A DNA stretch of 64,000 nt, from the NCBI RefSeq assembly GCF_006345805.1, contig NC_043006.1, forward strand, positions 20,460,001 through 20,524,000, in the 5' to 3' direction. The DNA comes from Octopus sinensis. Lineage: Eukaryota. The notes under the pieces are model-generated. The model did not search any database. It saw nothing but the letters and a program-made list of their open reading frames with translations, and was not told where the DNA came from. Shown one piece after another: positions 62,840-64,000 of the stretch; within the stretch, counting starts at the first letter, position 1; every line of letters begins with the position of its first letter. A program made the translations under genes and the position numbers.

Positions 62840-63839
62840 GTTTGACTTTTGCTTTGTACAAGTTGACTTCAAGTCTCACCCAGAGAACTCAAGAGACAAC
62901 AAGTTAGAAGTTGAAGTTGGTGCTATGACTAAGGTTGAATAACAACAAAAAAAAATCCAAAAATGCAAGAAAAGAAAAATAACAAAAATAATGCAAAAAG
63001 AACTAGTTAAACTTACTCTTTTTCTCAGTGTTTGGGATGGATGAAGGGAACAACCCATAGCTGTTTCGTTGAAAAATTGGAAACAGAATTATAAATATCC
63101 AATTAATGGATTGACTGACTGATCATAAATAGTATTTTCCAAAAATCAGAGATTGATGATATGAATATCGGGTAGTGAACCATTGATCTCTGTGGCTGTA
63201 TTGATTGTTGATCAATAAAACAGAATACAAGTCAACAGTATGACTGATGATTGATCTCTGCAATAAATATGACTGTATCACTCCTTAGATGTTGCTTCAT
63301 CGACAACAAGATCAAGAGTGACAACTGACCGTATTTGATTTTGGGCTTGTGAGAAAAGTATCAAGGCTAAACAAAACACATGACCTCGGCTCTAATTGGC
63401 TGAGCCAAAATCAGATAAGACATGTGACCACAGCAAGAGAGAGAACAATAAGAAAATGGGTTCAATGAAACAAAGCTACACGTGAGGAAAGTTTCACCTT
63501 GGAGAAAAACTTGAGATTTTCCCAGGGAATTGACGTATTCTCTTGATGAAAATAGCTTCGGCTGAGATAAGAGAGAGAAAGGGGGGAGGTGAGAGAAAAG
63601 GTAGAGTGAAAGAGAAAGGGGGCAAGAGAAAGAGAAATTTCAACTTAACTAGTCATACAAGGGCAGTGTGTGTGTGTGTACTGAGGTATGCTTGATGCTC
63701 TGCTTCTATTATTTAATTTATAACACATAACAAACAGAGGAGTAGAAAAAAACTCAATCATTGCACTTGATTCTTACTGTTCTCTAGAACAATTCCACTG
63801 CAGTGTGTGTGTGTGTGTGCATCATTTCTAGTTTCTTAA

Positions 63840-64000
63840 CCCTTTCGTTACTGTATTTATTTTGAGATGCTCTGTGTTTCTTTCAATTACTTTAAATATA
63901 ACAAAGAATTTAGAAAAATAACTTAGTTATCATTAAGCTAGTGTTAGGAACATAAATTGTGACTAAGGTTTGGTGGAAGATTTTAATTCAAAACTAATGC
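63840..64000 (-). mobile_element. piggyBac-type MITE family 1, cut by the window edge
   Basis: TTAA|CCCTTTCGTTACTG; colinear with 53173. Confidence 0.88.

Overview
AT-rich, repeat-dense animal genomic DNA. The SINE, MITE and microsatellite content resembles what I recall from octopus (coleoid cephalopod) genomes; this is an inference with no database check. One protein-coding gene can be assembled on the minus strand. A 1781-nt Ser/Thr-rich exon (55322-53542) splices in frame to a 115-nt exon (44088-43974), and a SAM-like domain is split across that junction. Two further short ATG-containing exons (19663-19586 and 18241-18110) end at the same phase-0 GAA|GTAAG boundary and look like alternative first exons, with the shared downstream exons probably left of the window. 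The window also holds a tRNA-Asp(GTC) gene with a T-loop C56A change and several tRNA-derived SINE families (my labels A-E). Other elements include TTAA/CCC piggyBac-type MITEs, a DD37D Tc1/mariner relic, a mariner MITE, RTE, CR1, hAT and Dong-like fragments, and very long TA/TACA microsatellites. The most unusual signals are a set of minimal hammerhead-ribozyme motifs in Penelope-like modules, three independent SINE arrays with an identical 184-bp period, two MITE families both measuring 221 bp, and several foldback or locally templated duplications. Nearly all listed ORFs other than those used here are microsatellite or repeat artefacts.
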